The position numbers and the translations under genes were made by a program. Of a stretch of DNA of 64,000 bases, positions 19,363-29,152 are shown piece by piece; the first letter of the stretch is position 1, and every line of letters begins with the position of its first letter. The notes beneath the pieces were generated by a model that was not told the DNA's origin, did not search any database, and saw only the letters and a list, made by a program, of their open reading frames with translations. Location of the stretch: NCBI GenBank assembly GCA_019423835.1, contig JAHZAR010000004.1, positions 813 to 64,812 on the forward strand, in the 5' to 3' direction. This DNA is from Clostridiales bacterium (GTDB lineage: Bacteria; Bacillota; Clostridia; Lachnospirales; Lachnospiraceae).

Positions 19363-20772
19363 CTACTTTCCAAACACCCCGCCCACCAGCACTGTCATGT
19401 CATCTGCAGGGGCAGGGCAGAAGGACAGGGCAAACTGCAGAATTTCGTCTGCCATATCCTGGGGATTCTGAACATCCAGCCCGTTTAAGAATTCACAGAA
19501 GGTCTGCTCCTTATCCTCCCCCGGCAGGGCCTCAAGAATTCCGTCGCTGACCATGATAATCCTGTCATTATCCCACAGCTTCCTCGACAGGAGAGTCGGC
19601 TCCACCGTATTCATGATTCCCATGGGGACATTTCCTGACTCCAGAAGCTCCACTCCCTCCCGGCCCATAATGAAGGTGCCCACTGCTCCCAGCTTCATGC
19701 TCTCCAGAACTCCTGTGCACAGATCGATGCAGCACAGGTCAAGCGTTGCGGGATTCTGCTCCATCCCTGCCAGCAGAAGCACAGTATTCACCAGTTTCAG
19801 AGCTGCCCTGGCAGAAAAGCCTGTTTCCAGGAGCTGCTCCGTCAGCTCTATGACGCGGCTGCTGTCAGCCGAGGCTGCCGGCCCGCTCCCCATTCCGTCC
19901 GACAGGCTCATAATGACCTGATGAGGCAGGTTTTCATTAAAGGTGAAGCTGTCGCCGGAGATCAGTTCCCCATTTCTCACAGCTCTGGCGACCCCGTGGA
20001 TCATCTGGTATTTTCCCTCCTCCACAAAACGGAAGGTGCCTGTCCTCTTTGTGATAATGCTCTTGCTGTCCCTTGCGATGCCGAATCTTCGTCCTCCCAC
20101 GGCGCGGGTCAGAATGTCCGAGGCATCTCTGGAGGTCACACACCGGCCGCCCAGAGTTCTCACAGTCAGATACGCCTCCCTCTGCTCATTCTCATATTCC
20201 AGTATGAGCATATTCTCCACCTTCATATGATGGCGCCTGAACAGATACCGCACACTGTCCTCATAGTTGCCTGTGATGTCCGCCGCCTGCTCCATCTGGC
20301 CGGAAAACTCCTCGAGAATGGCCGCCATCTCACGAAACTGCACAATTACTGCATCTCTGCTCTCCAGAAAACGGCTTTTCCAGGTGAGATTCATGGTGGC
20401 CCGTCCCAGATTCCTGTTGAGCTGGCTTAAATACTCTTCCCTTCTGCGGCAGGTTTCATTGAACAGCCTGGGCATGTCCTCCTCATCCACCTTTCCCTTC
20501 TGCTCAAATGCCCTCAGAAGATAATACAGATAATAGCTGTCCTCCTTCTGCCCTGTCTCATACAGATTGCATTTGCTGCAGTCACCGCACACCATGGCTC
20601 CCGCCGTCTGCATGGCCGCAAGGCCGTCCTCAAAGCTGAGCTGACGCTTTGATCCCACCTCGTCCGTAAAAGCTCTGGCAAGGCCGCTCAGAGAACAAGC
20701 CATCTCTCTGAGCCGCTTCGCCGTGTAGACATTCACATCAGCCATATCTCTATGTAATTTCTTTCCAAGCAT
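19363..20772 (-). CDS. spoIIE: Stage II sporulation protein E, short form without membrane domain
   Basis: PP2C motifs SGD, SDGMGSG, ATLD, SDG, DDMT; sits between divIC and tilS; ATG 20772 after GGAGGGG. Confidence 0.85.
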   Translation of the reverse strand: MLGKKLHRDMADVNVYTAKRLREMACSLSGLARAFTDEVGSKRQLSFEDGLAAMQTAGAMVCGDCSKCNLYETGQKEDSYYLYYLLRAFEQKGKVDEEDMPRLFNETCRRREEYLSQLNRNLGRATMNLTWKSRFLESRDAVIVQFREMAAILEEFSGQMEQAADITGNYEDSVRYLFRRHHMKVENMLILEYENEQREAYLTVRTLGGRCVTSRDASDILTRAVGGRRFGIARDSKSIITKRTGTFRFVEEGKYQMIHGVARAVRNGELISGDSFTFNENLPHQVIMSLSDGMGSGPAASADSSRVIELTEQLLETGFSARAALKLVNTVLLLAGMEQNPATLDLCCIDLCTGVLESMKLGAVGTFIMGREGVELLESGNVPMGIMNTVEPTLLSRKLWDNDRIIMVSDGILEALPGEDKEQTFCEFLNGLDVQNPQDMADEILQFALSFCPAPADDMTVLVGGVFGK

Positions 20773-20802
20773 AAAAATCCCCTCCTGACCTGCGTGAACC
20801 CT

Positions 20803-20835
20803 ATTATATACAGGCCGGAGGGAAATATTTGTCAA
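20803..20835 (-). promoter_or_regulatory. Spo0A-dependent-type spoIIE promoter
   Basis: TTGACA-21 bp-TATAAT; over-long spacer and an 0A-like box (TGTCAAA) over the -35, as known for B. subtilis spoIIE/spoIIG. Confidence 0.7.
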
Positions 20836-20913
20836 ATCTGCGGCGCCTTTTGAAAAACTTTATGACAGGATTCTCTCCTGTTCTGCCCGGAATGCGCAAT
20901 TTCTGCAATCCTC

Positions 20914-21234
20914 TTACTTTTCCGGCTTCAACAGAATCTCGTCCTTATTGACCAGCCCCAGCTTTTCCTTCGCAACTTTTTCAATGTATTCTTTTGTCTG
21001 GACGTAAATCCGGTATTCCTCCAGATTCTCCGCCCGTTTTTCCTCTGCAGCCTTCTCCTTTTCCAGCTGCTCCTCCCGGAGGCGGTACTGCAGATCCTTT
21101 TCCTTCAGTGATATTCCGCTTAAGTGCACTGTGATTGCCAGGCTGAGTACAACCAGCGTGATGCCTGTAAGGGCAAGACGGTTGGCGGCTCTCTCCTTCT
21201 TTCTTTTTCTCGCTGTTCTATTGCTTTTCTTCAC
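20914..21234 (-). CDS. divIC: Septum formation initiator (DivIC/FtsB family)
   Basis: Basic N-terminus, one TM, coiled coil, YIEKVAKEKLGLV. Confidence 0.88.
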   Translation of the reverse strand: MKKSNRTARKRKKERAANRLALTGITLVVLSLAITVHLSGISLKEKDLQYRLREEQLEKEKAAEEKRAENLEEYRIYVQTKEYIEKVAKEKLGLVNKDEILLKPEK

Positions 21235-21308
21235 TCAGGCCGCCTCCTTTTACCTGCTCTGCTTTTCTGTGGGGACAATGCCCCTGTACTGCTATCCGTT
21301 GAATCTTT

Positions 21309-21635
21309 TCACCTTTTTTTCATTCTAAGATATTTCTTCATTTTTTTCAATAGGGCAGACAGAATCCGGCTGAAGGTTTTGTCCCAGAAAATCATACCGA
21401 TGAGCACGGAGGCAATGATATAGGTTCTCACCTCTCCTCCGTTTTTTACGCTGAGCAGTGCAAAACAGGAGATGCCGGAACACAGCCAGTAGACAACATC
21501 TTCAAGGCCTGTCCACAGCGGAGTGTGAGAAACGAAGAATCGAAACATGCGCAGGACATCGTAGGCCGCCATCAAAAGAATTCCCAGAACCAGTCCGGCC
21601 GCCGCCAGAGAAAGCTCCGTATACATTGTATCCAT
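21309..21635 (-). CDS. yabQ: Spore cortex biosynthesis protein YabQ
   Basis: YDVLR, EDVVYW and NGGEVR motifs; follows yabP. Confidence 0.85.
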   Translation of the reverse strand: MDTMYTELSLAAAGLVLGILLMAAYDVLRMFRFFVSHTPLWTGLEDVVYWLCSGISCFALLSVKNGGEVRTYIIASVLIGMIFWDKTFSRILSALLKKMKKYLRMKKR

Positions 21636-21645
21636 AAGGCCGCCC

Positions 21646-21930
21646 CTATTTAAACAGACGGGCAAACAGCGATTCTCCCTGCTTGCGGTAGCTGTCATTT
21701 GACGAATAGGTAAGGCTGTCAACCGTCCCCTCTATGTCCACCTCTCCCTTTTCCAGCGTCAGGCGGCTGACATGAAGTCCTTTTCCCTTGACCGTGAGAA
21801 GGCCCATGTCTGTGTCCAGAACAATCTGATTTTCGTCAAAAGCCACTACGTCCTGAATTCCCGTCACGCTGCCTTTGCCCCGGTTCATCAGATCCAGCCG
21901 GTGGGGACGTCGGTTTATCTTTTCTTCCAT
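21646..21930 (-). CDS. yabP: Sporulation protein YabP
   Basis: VTGIQDVVAFDE, GLLTVKG, FARLFK. Confidence 0.92.
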   Translation of the reverse strand: MEEKINRRPHRLDLMNRGKGSVTGIQDVVAFDENQIVLDTDMGLLTVKGKGLHVSRLTLEKGEVDIEGTVDSLTYSSNDSYRKQGESLFARLFK

Positions 21931-21964
21931 AACAAAAACCTCCTGACATATTTAACTATTGTTA

Positions 21965-21993
21965 AATATATTAGGAGGTCTGTCTCTTTATGT
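21965..21993 (-). promoter_or_regulatory. sigma-E-type promoter of yabPQ
   Basis: ACATAAA-14 bp-AATATATT; yabPQ is sigma-E dependent in B. subtilis. Confidence 0.55.
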
Positions 21994-22232
21994 TATAAAT
22001 AACGGTAAAGTTCCTTCGCGTCGTCCTTTTTCACGGTCTCGGCCACATCGAGAACTTCCACCTTCACGGATTTCACTCCGAACTGGATCTCAATGATATC
22101 TCCTGTTTTCACTGCATAGGATGCCCTGACTGCCCTGTCATTGACCAGAACCCGTCCTGCATCACAGGCCTCGTTGGCCACCGTTCTGCGCTTGATCAGA
22201 CGCGATACCTTCAAAAATTTATCTAATCTCAT
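21993..22232 (-). CDS. yabO: S4-domain RNA-binding protein (YabO/RqcP)
   Basis: MRLDKFLKVSRLIKRRTVA. Confidence 0.92.
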   Translation of the reverse strand: MRLDKFLKVSRLIKRRTVANEACDAGRVLVNDRAVRASYAVKTGDIIEIQFGVKSVKVEVLDVAETVKKDDAKELYRYL

Positions 22233-22236
22233 CTGA

Positions 22237-22512
22237 TTATGCGTTAACCATATCCTTTAATGCTTTTCCAGCCTTGAACTTTGGTGTCTTGGAAGCTGCG
22301 ATCGGCATTGTCTCTCCTGTCTTCGGGTTTCTTCCCTCTCTTGCCGCTCTCTCAGAAACTTCAAAGGTTCCAAAACCAACTAACTGAATCTTTCCGCCCT
22401 TCACTAACTCCTCAGAAACTGCCTCTGTGAAAGCCTTGATTGCCTTCTCTGCGTCCTTCTTGGAAAGCTCTGCCTTCTCAGCTACAGCTGCGATTAACTC
22501 TGTCTTATTCAT
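22237..22512 (-). CDS. hup: DNA-binding protein HU
   Basis: MNKTELI, GFGTF, GRNPKTG. Confidence 0.97.
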   Translation of the reverse strand: MNKTELIAAVAEKAELSKKDAEKAIKAFTEAVSEELVKGGKIQLVGFGTFEVSERAAREGRNPKTGETMPIAASKTPKFKAGKALKDMVNA

Positions 22513-22620
22513 GATTGATTCCTCCTACATCTTCTTGCGAATGAGTCCTGGCTGCCCTGACGCCCGAAGGCCAAAACAGCAGTATTACTCCTGCTAAAAC
22601 GCTAAACACTTTACCTTACA

Positions 22621-22649
22621 TTTATATACATTTATACCTGCTTTGTCAA
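22621..22649 (-). promoter_or_regulatory. sigma-A promoter of hup
   Basis: TTGACA-17 bp-TATAAA. Confidence 0.8.
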
Positions 22650-22655
22650 GGTTTT

Positions 22656-23114
22656 TTATGCTTTTTTAGCTTTTTCAGCGCGCGCTTTTTCCGCTTTTTC
22701 AGCCCTTTTTATCTGCTCCCAGAGACTGCCCTCTTCCTCGCCCGTTTCAGGCACTCTGCCTCCAAAAATTTTCGGGTGCCTGCGGACCATTTTTGCGCTG
22801 ATCCTGTCCACCACCTGTTCAAAGGCAAAGAGATCCTGCTCCTGTGCCATCTGACTGTAAAATATCACCTGAAACAGCAGATCTCCCAGCTCCTCACAGA
22901 GATTGTCCATGTCCTGCCGCTTTACAGCCTGAGCCACCTCCTCCGCCTCCTCTGTCACACAGGGGATCATACTCTCAAAGGTCTGCCTTCTGTCCCACGG
23001 GCAGCCCTCATCTGACCGGAGGATCTTCATAATGTTTCTCAGATCCTCAAGACTGTAAGGAACCTTCCTCTCTTCCGAATATTCTCTCTTCTTTTCTCTC
23101 AGATATTCTTCCAT
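22656..23114 (-). CDS. MazG-family nucleotide pyrophosphohydrolase, single domain
   Basis: GCPWD, EEAEE, EELGDLL, RRHP; yabN position. Confidence 0.88.
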   Translation of the reverse strand: MEEYLREKKREYSEERKVPYSLEDLRNIMKILRSDEGCPWDRRQTFESMIPCVTEEAEEVAQAVKRQDMDNLCEELGDLLFQVIFYSQMAQEQDLFAFEQVVDRISAKMVRRHPKIFGGRVPETGEEEGSLWEQIKRAEKAEKARAEKAKKA

Positions 23115-23315
23115 AGCCGCCTCCCCTTTCCGCACAGTACCCGTCCTTCGGATGTTTTCTTATCTTTCTTTATGGATTGTAACATATCCTCTCCCGGAAA
23201 GGGAAGAACAAGGTCTTTCCCGCAGAGAAAAAAAGGCATCCTTCCCGCATAAGGCTGAACTGCGGCAGCCAGCCTTAGATGGAAGGACGCCTGAGCATCC
23301 GCTCCTACGCTCTCT

Positions 23316-23864
23316 CTACCCCTCCATCTGGCGTCCAAGAAAACCGGCGGCCGTGGAGACCAGCTTAAACTCCGGCTCTCCGAATTTTATCCTGGACTCC
23401 CGGCTTAAGAGGGCCACAGCGCCAATGGCATCTCCCTCGCAGATGATAGGGGCAATCACCTGTGCCGTCACGCCCTCCGGCTCCTCAGAGATAATGGGAA
23501 TAAAATTTCTGTCATCCTTTCCCGCCGTCACAATCTGACGTTCTCCGATAAGCGTTTCCAGCTGCCTGCTGACAGGCTTCTGCAGATAATCCTTTTTAGG
23601 GCCTCCCGACACTGCAATCACCTGATCCCTGTCCGTGATGCATACTAAGAGGCCCGTGCTCTGGGCCATAGCCTCGGCATACTGGGAGGCGAACGCAGTC
23701 AGCTCTACCATAGGGGAATATTTTTTCAGGATAATCTCCCCCTCCCGGTCTGTAAAGATCTCCAGAGGGGTTCCCTCCCGAAGCCTCAGGGTGCGCCTGA
23801 TCTCCTTGGGGATTACGACGCGGCCCAGGTCATCAATCCTTCTGACAATTCCCGTAGCTTTCAT
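23316..23864 (-). CDS. spoVT: Stage V sporulation protein T
   Basis: MKATGIVRRIDDLGRVVIPKEIRR plus a GAF domain. Confidence 0.96.
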   Translation of the reverse strand: MKATGIVRRIDDLGRVVIPKEIRRTLRLREGTPLEIFTDREGEIILKKYSPMVELTAFASQYAEAMAQSTGLLVCITDRDQVIAVSGGPKKDYLQKPVSRQLETLIGERQIVTAGKDDRNFIPIISEEPEGVTAQVIAPIICEGDAIGAVALLSRESRIKFGEPEFKLVSTAAGFLGRQMEG

Positions 23865-23925
23865 ATAAAAATTCCTCCGTTTTACATATTTTTCTACATT
23901 TATCTTTCTGTGTTACCCGTAAATG

Positions 23926-23954
23926 TAGTATCTGTAAAACAGAGGAATTTATAC
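23926..23954 (-). promoter_or_regulatory. sigma-G/sigma-F-type forespore promoter of spoVT
   Basis: GTATA-17 bp-GATACTA. Confidence 0.65.
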
Positions 23955-24054
23955 CACGGACTTTCTTATCTGCGCTTCACGGCTGACTGCCCTTTTACCG
24001 AAAATGAAAGGATTCTGCCACAGTCCGCGCCGGCTGTCTGCCCAGAAGGGACTG

Positions 24055-25539
24055 TCATCCTTTTTTGCTTTTTTTCATCCAAATCAGAAAGACAAGCAGC
24101 AGAGCGGCCGCTGTCCCGGTTCCCGCCCATCCGTTCTGTGTCAGCCCGGCGGCCAGGTAGCCGATGACACAGCAGCCGGCTACGCACAGCACATAGGGAA
24201 GCTGTGTGGACACATGGTTGAGGTGATCACACTGTGCACCGGCGGAAGCCAGAATCGTGGTGTCTGAAATGGGTGACATGTGATCTCCGCAGACCGCTCC
24301 CGCCAGAATTGCCGATGTGGCGATGGTGAGTCCATTCAAATCCTCAGCCCCCAACACGGCAAATGCAATGGGGATGAGAATCCCGAAGGTTCCCCAGGAG
24401 GTTCCGGTGGAAAAGGAAAGACCGGCAGCCACCAGAAAGAGGAGAGCCGGCAGCAGTGCTCCCACAAGGGGGCTTGCCCCTACCACACTGCTCACATATC
24501 CTCCAATATTCAGATACTCCTCACCGCAGATGCCCGAGAGCGTCCAGGCCAGGCACAGGATCATAACAGCCGGTATCATAGCTCTGATGCCGGACGTGAA
24601 TGTGCCGCAGAAATCCTGGAAGGAGAGCACACGCCTGGACAGATAGAAGGCAAAAATAAACACCAGAGTAAAAAAGGAGCCCAGGACCAGGCTCAGCGAC
24701 GAATCGCACCCGGAAAAGGCCTCCACAATGCCTTTTCCCTCCAGAATCCCGCCTGTATAGAGCATTGCCCCCACACACAGAGCAATCAGTACAAGAATCG
24801 GCACAGCCAGATCTGCAACCTTTCCTCTTCCTCCGGCTTCTATTGTTTCCCCCTCCACAGTCTTTTCCCTGCCGGTTCTCAGAAATTCTTCCTCATATCG
24901 TTTCATAGCCGCAAAATCAAATTCATTCACAATTACAAACAGCAGGAAGATAATGGTAAGAATCGCATAGAGGTTAAACGGGATAGTGTGAAGAAACAGG
25001 GAAAAGCCATCTACTCCGCTGCCCGCCGGAAGGGAGGAGCCCACAGCCGCCGCCCAGCTTGAGATGGGAGCAATAATGCACACCGGAGCTGCCGTAGCGT
25101 CGATAATGTAAGCCAGCTTTGCCCGGCTGATCCTGTGCTTGTCCGTCACGGGGCGCATCACCGTACCAACCGTCAGACAGTTGAAATAGTCGTCCACAAA
25201 AATAAGGGCGCCCAGAAACATTGCAGCAAGCAGAGCTCCCCTCCTTGTCTTAATCGCACCGGACGCCCATTCGCCGTAAGCCCTGGAGGCGCCGGAACGG
25301 GTAATCAGTGCCACAATAATCCCCAAGAAGGCGAGGAATAGAAGAATATTAACATTTTCGCCTATCTTTCCGCCCATAATCCCGGTCATGGTTTCCACTG
25401 CATGGATGGGATTTGCCCCTGAAAACAGAAAGCAGCCTGCAAGGATTCCGATCAGAAGGGAGAGATAAACCTCCTTCGTCAGCAGAGCCAGCCCGATTGC
25501 AGCCACCGGGGGAAGCAGGGAAAAAACAGTTGCGCTCAT
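24055..25539 (-). CDS. NhaC-family transporter (possible amino-acid permease, LysW-like)
   Basis: FVDDYFN, DATAAP, TGTSWGTF, GDHMSPISDTT. Confidence 0.88.
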   Translation of the reverse strand: MSATVFSLLPPVAAIGLALLTKEVYLSLLIGILAGCFLFSGANPIHAVETMTGIMGGKIGENVNILLFLAFLGIIVALITRSGASRAYGEWASGAIKTRRGALLAAMFLGALIFVDDYFNCLTVGTVMRPVTDKHRISRAKLAYIIDATAAPVCIIAPISSWAAAVGSSLPAGSGVDGFSLFLHTIPFNLYAILTIIFLLFVIVNEFDFAAMKRYEEEFLRTGREKTVEGETIEAGGRGKVADLAVPILVLIALCVGAMLYTGGILEGKGIVEAFSGCDSSLSLVLGSFFTLVFIFAFYLSRRVLSFQDFCGTFTSGIRAMIPAVMILCLAWTLSGICGEEYLNIGGYVSSVVGASPLVGALLPALLFLVAAGLSFSTGTSWGTFGILIPIAFAVLGAEDLNGLTIATSAILAGAVCGDHMSPISDTTILASAGAQCDHLNHVSTQLPYVLCVAGCCVIGYLAAGLTQNGWAGTGTAAALLLVFLIWMKKSKKG

Positions 25540-25630
25540 AGAATGTTCCTTTCTCTACCTAGTTTTTTTGCCCTCCGGTTTTACATCCCAGGCTCAGGCC
25601 CGGATTCCGGCTGCGGCAAATTTCTTTTAT

Positions 25631-25659
25631 ACTCTAACGGCTGCCAGCACATCTGTCAA
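25631..25659 (-). promoter_or_regulatory. sigma-A promoter of the NhaC gene
   Basis: TTGACA-17 bp-TAGAGT. Confidence 0.6.
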
Positions 25660-25881
25660 GCGGCTTCCCTGTTTTTGTGCTGCAGATCGCATGCCCTCCA
25701 TCTGCCCCTCTTTTTGATTCTTACGTTTCTTTTTACTGCCCCGGCCAGTCTTTTCCACCCGGCAGATTGTCCGATTCTGTATCTGTTGTGTCCTCAGGAA
25801 AGGCGGACCGTGACGGTCACCGTCATCGGCACAGCCGGGCAGGCTGTTCTCCGGATAACAGGCAGAAGCCGCGTTGTCCTC

Positions 25882-25933
25882 AAAAAATGAAGGGGGAAGA
25901 AACATGCTTTGCAGCCTGCATGCTTCCTCCCCT
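25882..25933 (-). terminator. Terminator after spoVG
   Basis: AGGGGAGGAAGCATGC/GCATGTTTCTTCCCCCT stem followed by a T-rich tract. Confidence 0.7.
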
Positions 25934-25983
25934 GTTTTATCTTTTGTATTTATCTCCCTTAAGGTTCTTTTGTAAAGCCTCTG

Positions 25984-26268
25984 TTATGCTTCCGGCCCGT
26001 TCTGTGCCAGCTCCTCCGCCGTCTGCTCGTACTTCTCGAGAATCACCTTCTGGATCATGTCTCTTGTGGAAGAGTTGATCGGATGGGCAATGTCCCTGTA
26101 CTCGCCGTCAGTCGCCCTGCGGCTCGGCATGGCAATGAAAAGTCCCTTCTCCCCCTCAATTACTTTGATGTCGTGGACGACAAACTCATTGTCCAGGGTG
26201 ATAGACACAATCGCCCTCATCTTGCCTTCCTTTTCAATCCGTCTTACTCTCACATCTGTAATCTGCAT
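25984..26268 (-). CDS. spoVG: Septation regulator SpoVG
   Basis: [23 protein letters not shown]. Confidence 0.97.
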   Translation of the reverse strand: MQITDVRVRRIEKEGKMRAIVSITLDNEFVVHDIKVIEGEKGLFIAMPSRRATDGEYRDIAHPINSSTRDMIQKVILEKYEQTAEELAQNGPEA

Positions 26269-26327
26269 AAATTAACCCCTCTTCCGTCCCATATCAAATT
26301 ATGCCTGTGCGCCTGCCGGCCCTGCCG

Positions 26328-27449
26328 CTAAATGGTAAAGCGCTCGTTCTTCTCAATCACGATCTTTACATTGTCCGGTGCTCCGATATGTGTGGTGTTC
26401 GCACGAATAGTATCGCGGCTCTCCACGATACAGTTTTCAATAACGGTGTTATCGCCGATATAGACGTCATTCAAAATAATCGAATTCTTAATGACACAGT
26501 TGTTTCCGATATAGACCTTTTTAAAGAGGACAGAATTTTCAACGGTTCCGTTCAGAATACAGCCGCTGGAAACAAGACTGTTTTTCACCTCTGCTCCCGG
26601 ATTGTACTTGGCAGGCGGGAGATCGTCTACCTTGGAATAGATTTCAGGATACTCGCGGAAGAAGTAGTGTCTCACTTCCGGCTTTAAGAAATCCATATTG
26701 GTCTTATAATAGGAATCCACGGAAGCAATATTGCTCCAGTAAGAATCCAGCTTGTATGCGTAAATCCTCTTTAAATTCTTATAGCGCACCAGAATATCCG
26801 TTACGAAATCATATCTGTCTTCAGCGGCACAGCGCTCCAACAGTTCAATGAGCTGCCTTCTTCTGACAACATAGATGCCGCAGGAAATCGTGTTGGAGGT
26901 GGCAAGCATCGGCTTCTCCTCAAAGTCAGTGATCCGTCCCTCCTCGTTTGTCTTGACAAGTCCAAAACGGGTGATATCCTCTTCCGGTCCCATGTCCTTG
27001 CACACAATGGTGATATCGGCCTTCTTTTCGATATGGTATTCCAGAACCTTATGGTAATCCAGCTTGTAAATACAGTCTCCGCCTGCGATCACTACATATG
27101 GCTCGTGGCTCTTTTTGAGGAAATCCAGGTTCTGGTAGAGGGCGTCAGCCGTTCCTCTGTACCAGTCGCTGTGCTCTGCCGTGATCGTGGGGGTGAACAC
27201 ATACATGCCTCCCTGTTTTCTTCCGAAATCCCACCATTTGGACGAACTCAAATGTTCATTTAAGGAACGGGAATTATACTGGGTAAGCACAGCCACGCTC
27301 TGGATATGGGAGTTGCTCATATTGCTGAGTACAAAGTCAACGCTTCGGAAGCTTCCTGCCACCGGCATGGCAGCGATTGCCCTCTTGTTGGATAATTCTT
27401 TCATTCTCTTGCTGTTTCCGCCTGCTAAAACAATACCGATCGCTCTCAT
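26328..27449 (-). CDS. glgD: Glucose-1-phosphate adenylyltransferase subunit GlgD
   Basis: GlgC paralogue with a degenerate catalytic motif, overlapping the glgC stop. Confidence 0.92.
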   Translation of the reverse strand: MRAIGIVLAGGNSKRMKELSNKRAIAAMPVAGSFRSVDFVLSNMSNSHIQSVAVLTQYNSRSLNEHLSSSKWWDFGRKQGGMYVFTPTITAEHSDWYRGTADALYQNLDFLKKSHEPYVVIAGGDCIYKLDYHKVLEYHIEKKADITIVCKDMGPEEDITRFGLVKTNEEGRITDFEEKPMLATSNTISCGIYVVRRRQLIELLERCAAEDRYDFVTDILVRYKNLKRIYAYKLDSYWSNIASVDSYYKTNMDFLKPEVRHYFFREYPEIYSKVDDLPPAKYNPGAEVKNSLVSSGCILNGTVENSVLFKKVYIGNNCVIKNSIILNDVYIGDNTVIENCIVESRDTIRANTTHIGAPDNVKIVIEKNERFTI

Positions 27450-28720
27450 TGTACTCCACCTGCCTTTATGATATAGTCGCCGCTTTCCAGTATTCCGCCA
27501 TGATAATCTGAACTTTCTGTCTCCCCTGAGATAGCAGTGTTCCTTCCTACTTTCACACCGTCGGGGATAACAGAACGCTCACCGATGGTAACCAGATCAA
27601 ACTGATATACCTTCGGATCATATTTGCTGGGCGCATAGTCGCCTACGCCGATCTGCGCATTCTGGCCGATCACCACGTCCTCGGCAACGATGGCCTTGTC
27701 CACAACCGTGCCTGAGCCAATCACGCTTCCCTTCATTATGATAGAGTCTCTCACTGCTGCCCCTTCGCCGATGGTGACGCCTGCACCTATCACTGAGTTG
27801 GTCACCTCGCCGTAGATCTCAGAGCCCTCTCCTATGATGCTCCTCTCAATTCTGGCATCGGAAGAAATATACTGGGGAGGAATAATATCACTCTTTGTGT
27901 ATATTCTCCAGTACTCCTCATACAGATTAAACTCAGGGATAATGTCAATCAGCTCCATATTTGCTTCCCAGTAGGAGCCAAGGGTTCCCACATCCTTCCA
28001 GTAACCGTTGTACTCATAGGCGAATATTCTCTTTCCGGATGAGAAGCAGTAAGGGATGACATGTTTTCCAAAGTCGCAGCCAGGCTCTTCTGACAGTTTG
28101 ATCAGTGCATCACGAAGTACAGGCCAGCTGAAAATATAAATTCCCATAGATGCCAGATTACTTCTCGGATTAGCAGGTTTCTCTTCAAATTCCGTAATAC
28201 GGTTTTTATCATCTGTGATCAGGATTCCGAAACGGCTTGCTTCTTCAATCGGTACAGGCATAGCTGCAATCGTGACGTCCGCATTGTTTGCCTTGTGATA
28301 TTCCAGCATCACTTCATAGTCCATCTTATAAATATGATCGCCGGAGAGAATCAGCACATAGTCGGGATTATAGGTTTCCATGTACTCCAGATTCTGGTAA
28401 ATAGCGTTGGCTGTTCCTGTATACCAGTCACTTCCCTTACTTCTCTCATATGGCGGAAGGACGGTCACTCCTCCAACGTTTCGGTCGAGATCCCACGGAA
28501 TTCCGATTCCGATATGGGCATTCAGGCGCAGCGGCTGATACTGGGTAAGCACTCCCACCGTGTCTACTCCTGAATTAATACAGTTGCTGAGCGGGAAGTC
28601 AATAATTCTGTACTTCCCGCCAAAGGAAACCGCCGGCTTTGCCACTTTCTGTGTCAGAACGCCCAGGCGGCTACCCTGTCCACCTGCTAAAAGCATAGCA
28701 ATCATTTCTTTTTTGATCAC
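27446..28720 (-). CDS. glgC: Glucose-1-phosphate adenylyltransferase
   Basis: [31 protein letters not shown]. Confidence 0.96.
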   Translation of the reverse strand: MIKKEMIAMLLAGGQGSRLGVLTQKVAKPAVSFGGKYRIIDFPLSNCINSGVDTVGVLTQYQPLRLNAHIGIGIPWDLDRNVGGVTVLPPYERSKGSDWYTGTANAIYQNLEYMETYNPDYVLILSGDHIYKMDYEVMLEYHKANNADVTIAAMPVPIEEASRFGILITDDKNRITEFEEKPANPRSNLASMGIYIFSWPVLRDALIKLSEEPGCDFGKHVIPYCFSSGKRIFAYEYNGYWKDVGTLGSYWEANMELIDIIPEFNLYEEYWRIYTKSDIIPPQYISSDARIERSIIGEGSEIYGEVTNSVIGAGVTIGEGAAVRDSIIMKGSVIGSGTVVDKAIVAEDVVIGQNAQIGVGDYAPSKYDPKVYQFDLVTIGERSVIPDGVKVGRNTAISGETESSDYHGGILESGDYIIKAGGVQ

Positions 28721-28946
28721 GTTATCACCCCTTGATGTATATTTGCTTGTGTGCTTTATTCTGTATCATGTATTATAGCACAATAATTAGAAAAAGTGAA
28801 CAAATTACCAAATGATTTTCTATATTTTTTGTACATATTCCGACATTTTGTCTGTCATATCACCATAAAACATCAAATTCCACTGTATCTTGTGCTTTTC
28901 TGTCCCTCCATATACAACCAGCAGTTTAAAAATCCCTTTCTTCCCC

Positions 28947-28975
28947 TTGAATCCACAGGAAAAATACAGTATAAT
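28947..28975 (+). promoter_or_regulatory. sigma-A promoter of asnS
   Basis: TTGAAT-17 bp-TATAAT. Confidence 0.75.
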
Positions 28976-29152
28976 GGCTTCATTGAAAATTTGTCTGAAA
29001 ATCTCAGGCAGAGCCTGGTTCTGTTTCTGAGACGCAAATCGGTTCGGAATACCTCCGCAGACAGACTGCGGCACGGCGCTGTTTCTGTTTTTCGGGAGGC
29101 GTCCGGTTTGGCGGTATCCGGGCCGTTTATCAAACGCAAAAGGAGCACTGTT

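Noticed and set aside
25540..25880. Lysine or glycine riboswitch for the NhaC transporter
   Set aside because: Core consensus motifs are absent, and a good promoter lies only ~90 nt from the start codon, downstream of the structured region
28976..29152. T-box leader for asnS
   Set aside because: Hairpins are present but there is no GGTGGNACC T-box motif or terminator/antiterminator
28796..29152. N-terminal extension of AsnS (likewise DnaD, TreP, TadA and SpoIIE in the ORF track)
   Set aside because: The extensions run through promoters, and better RBS-supported starts lie downstream
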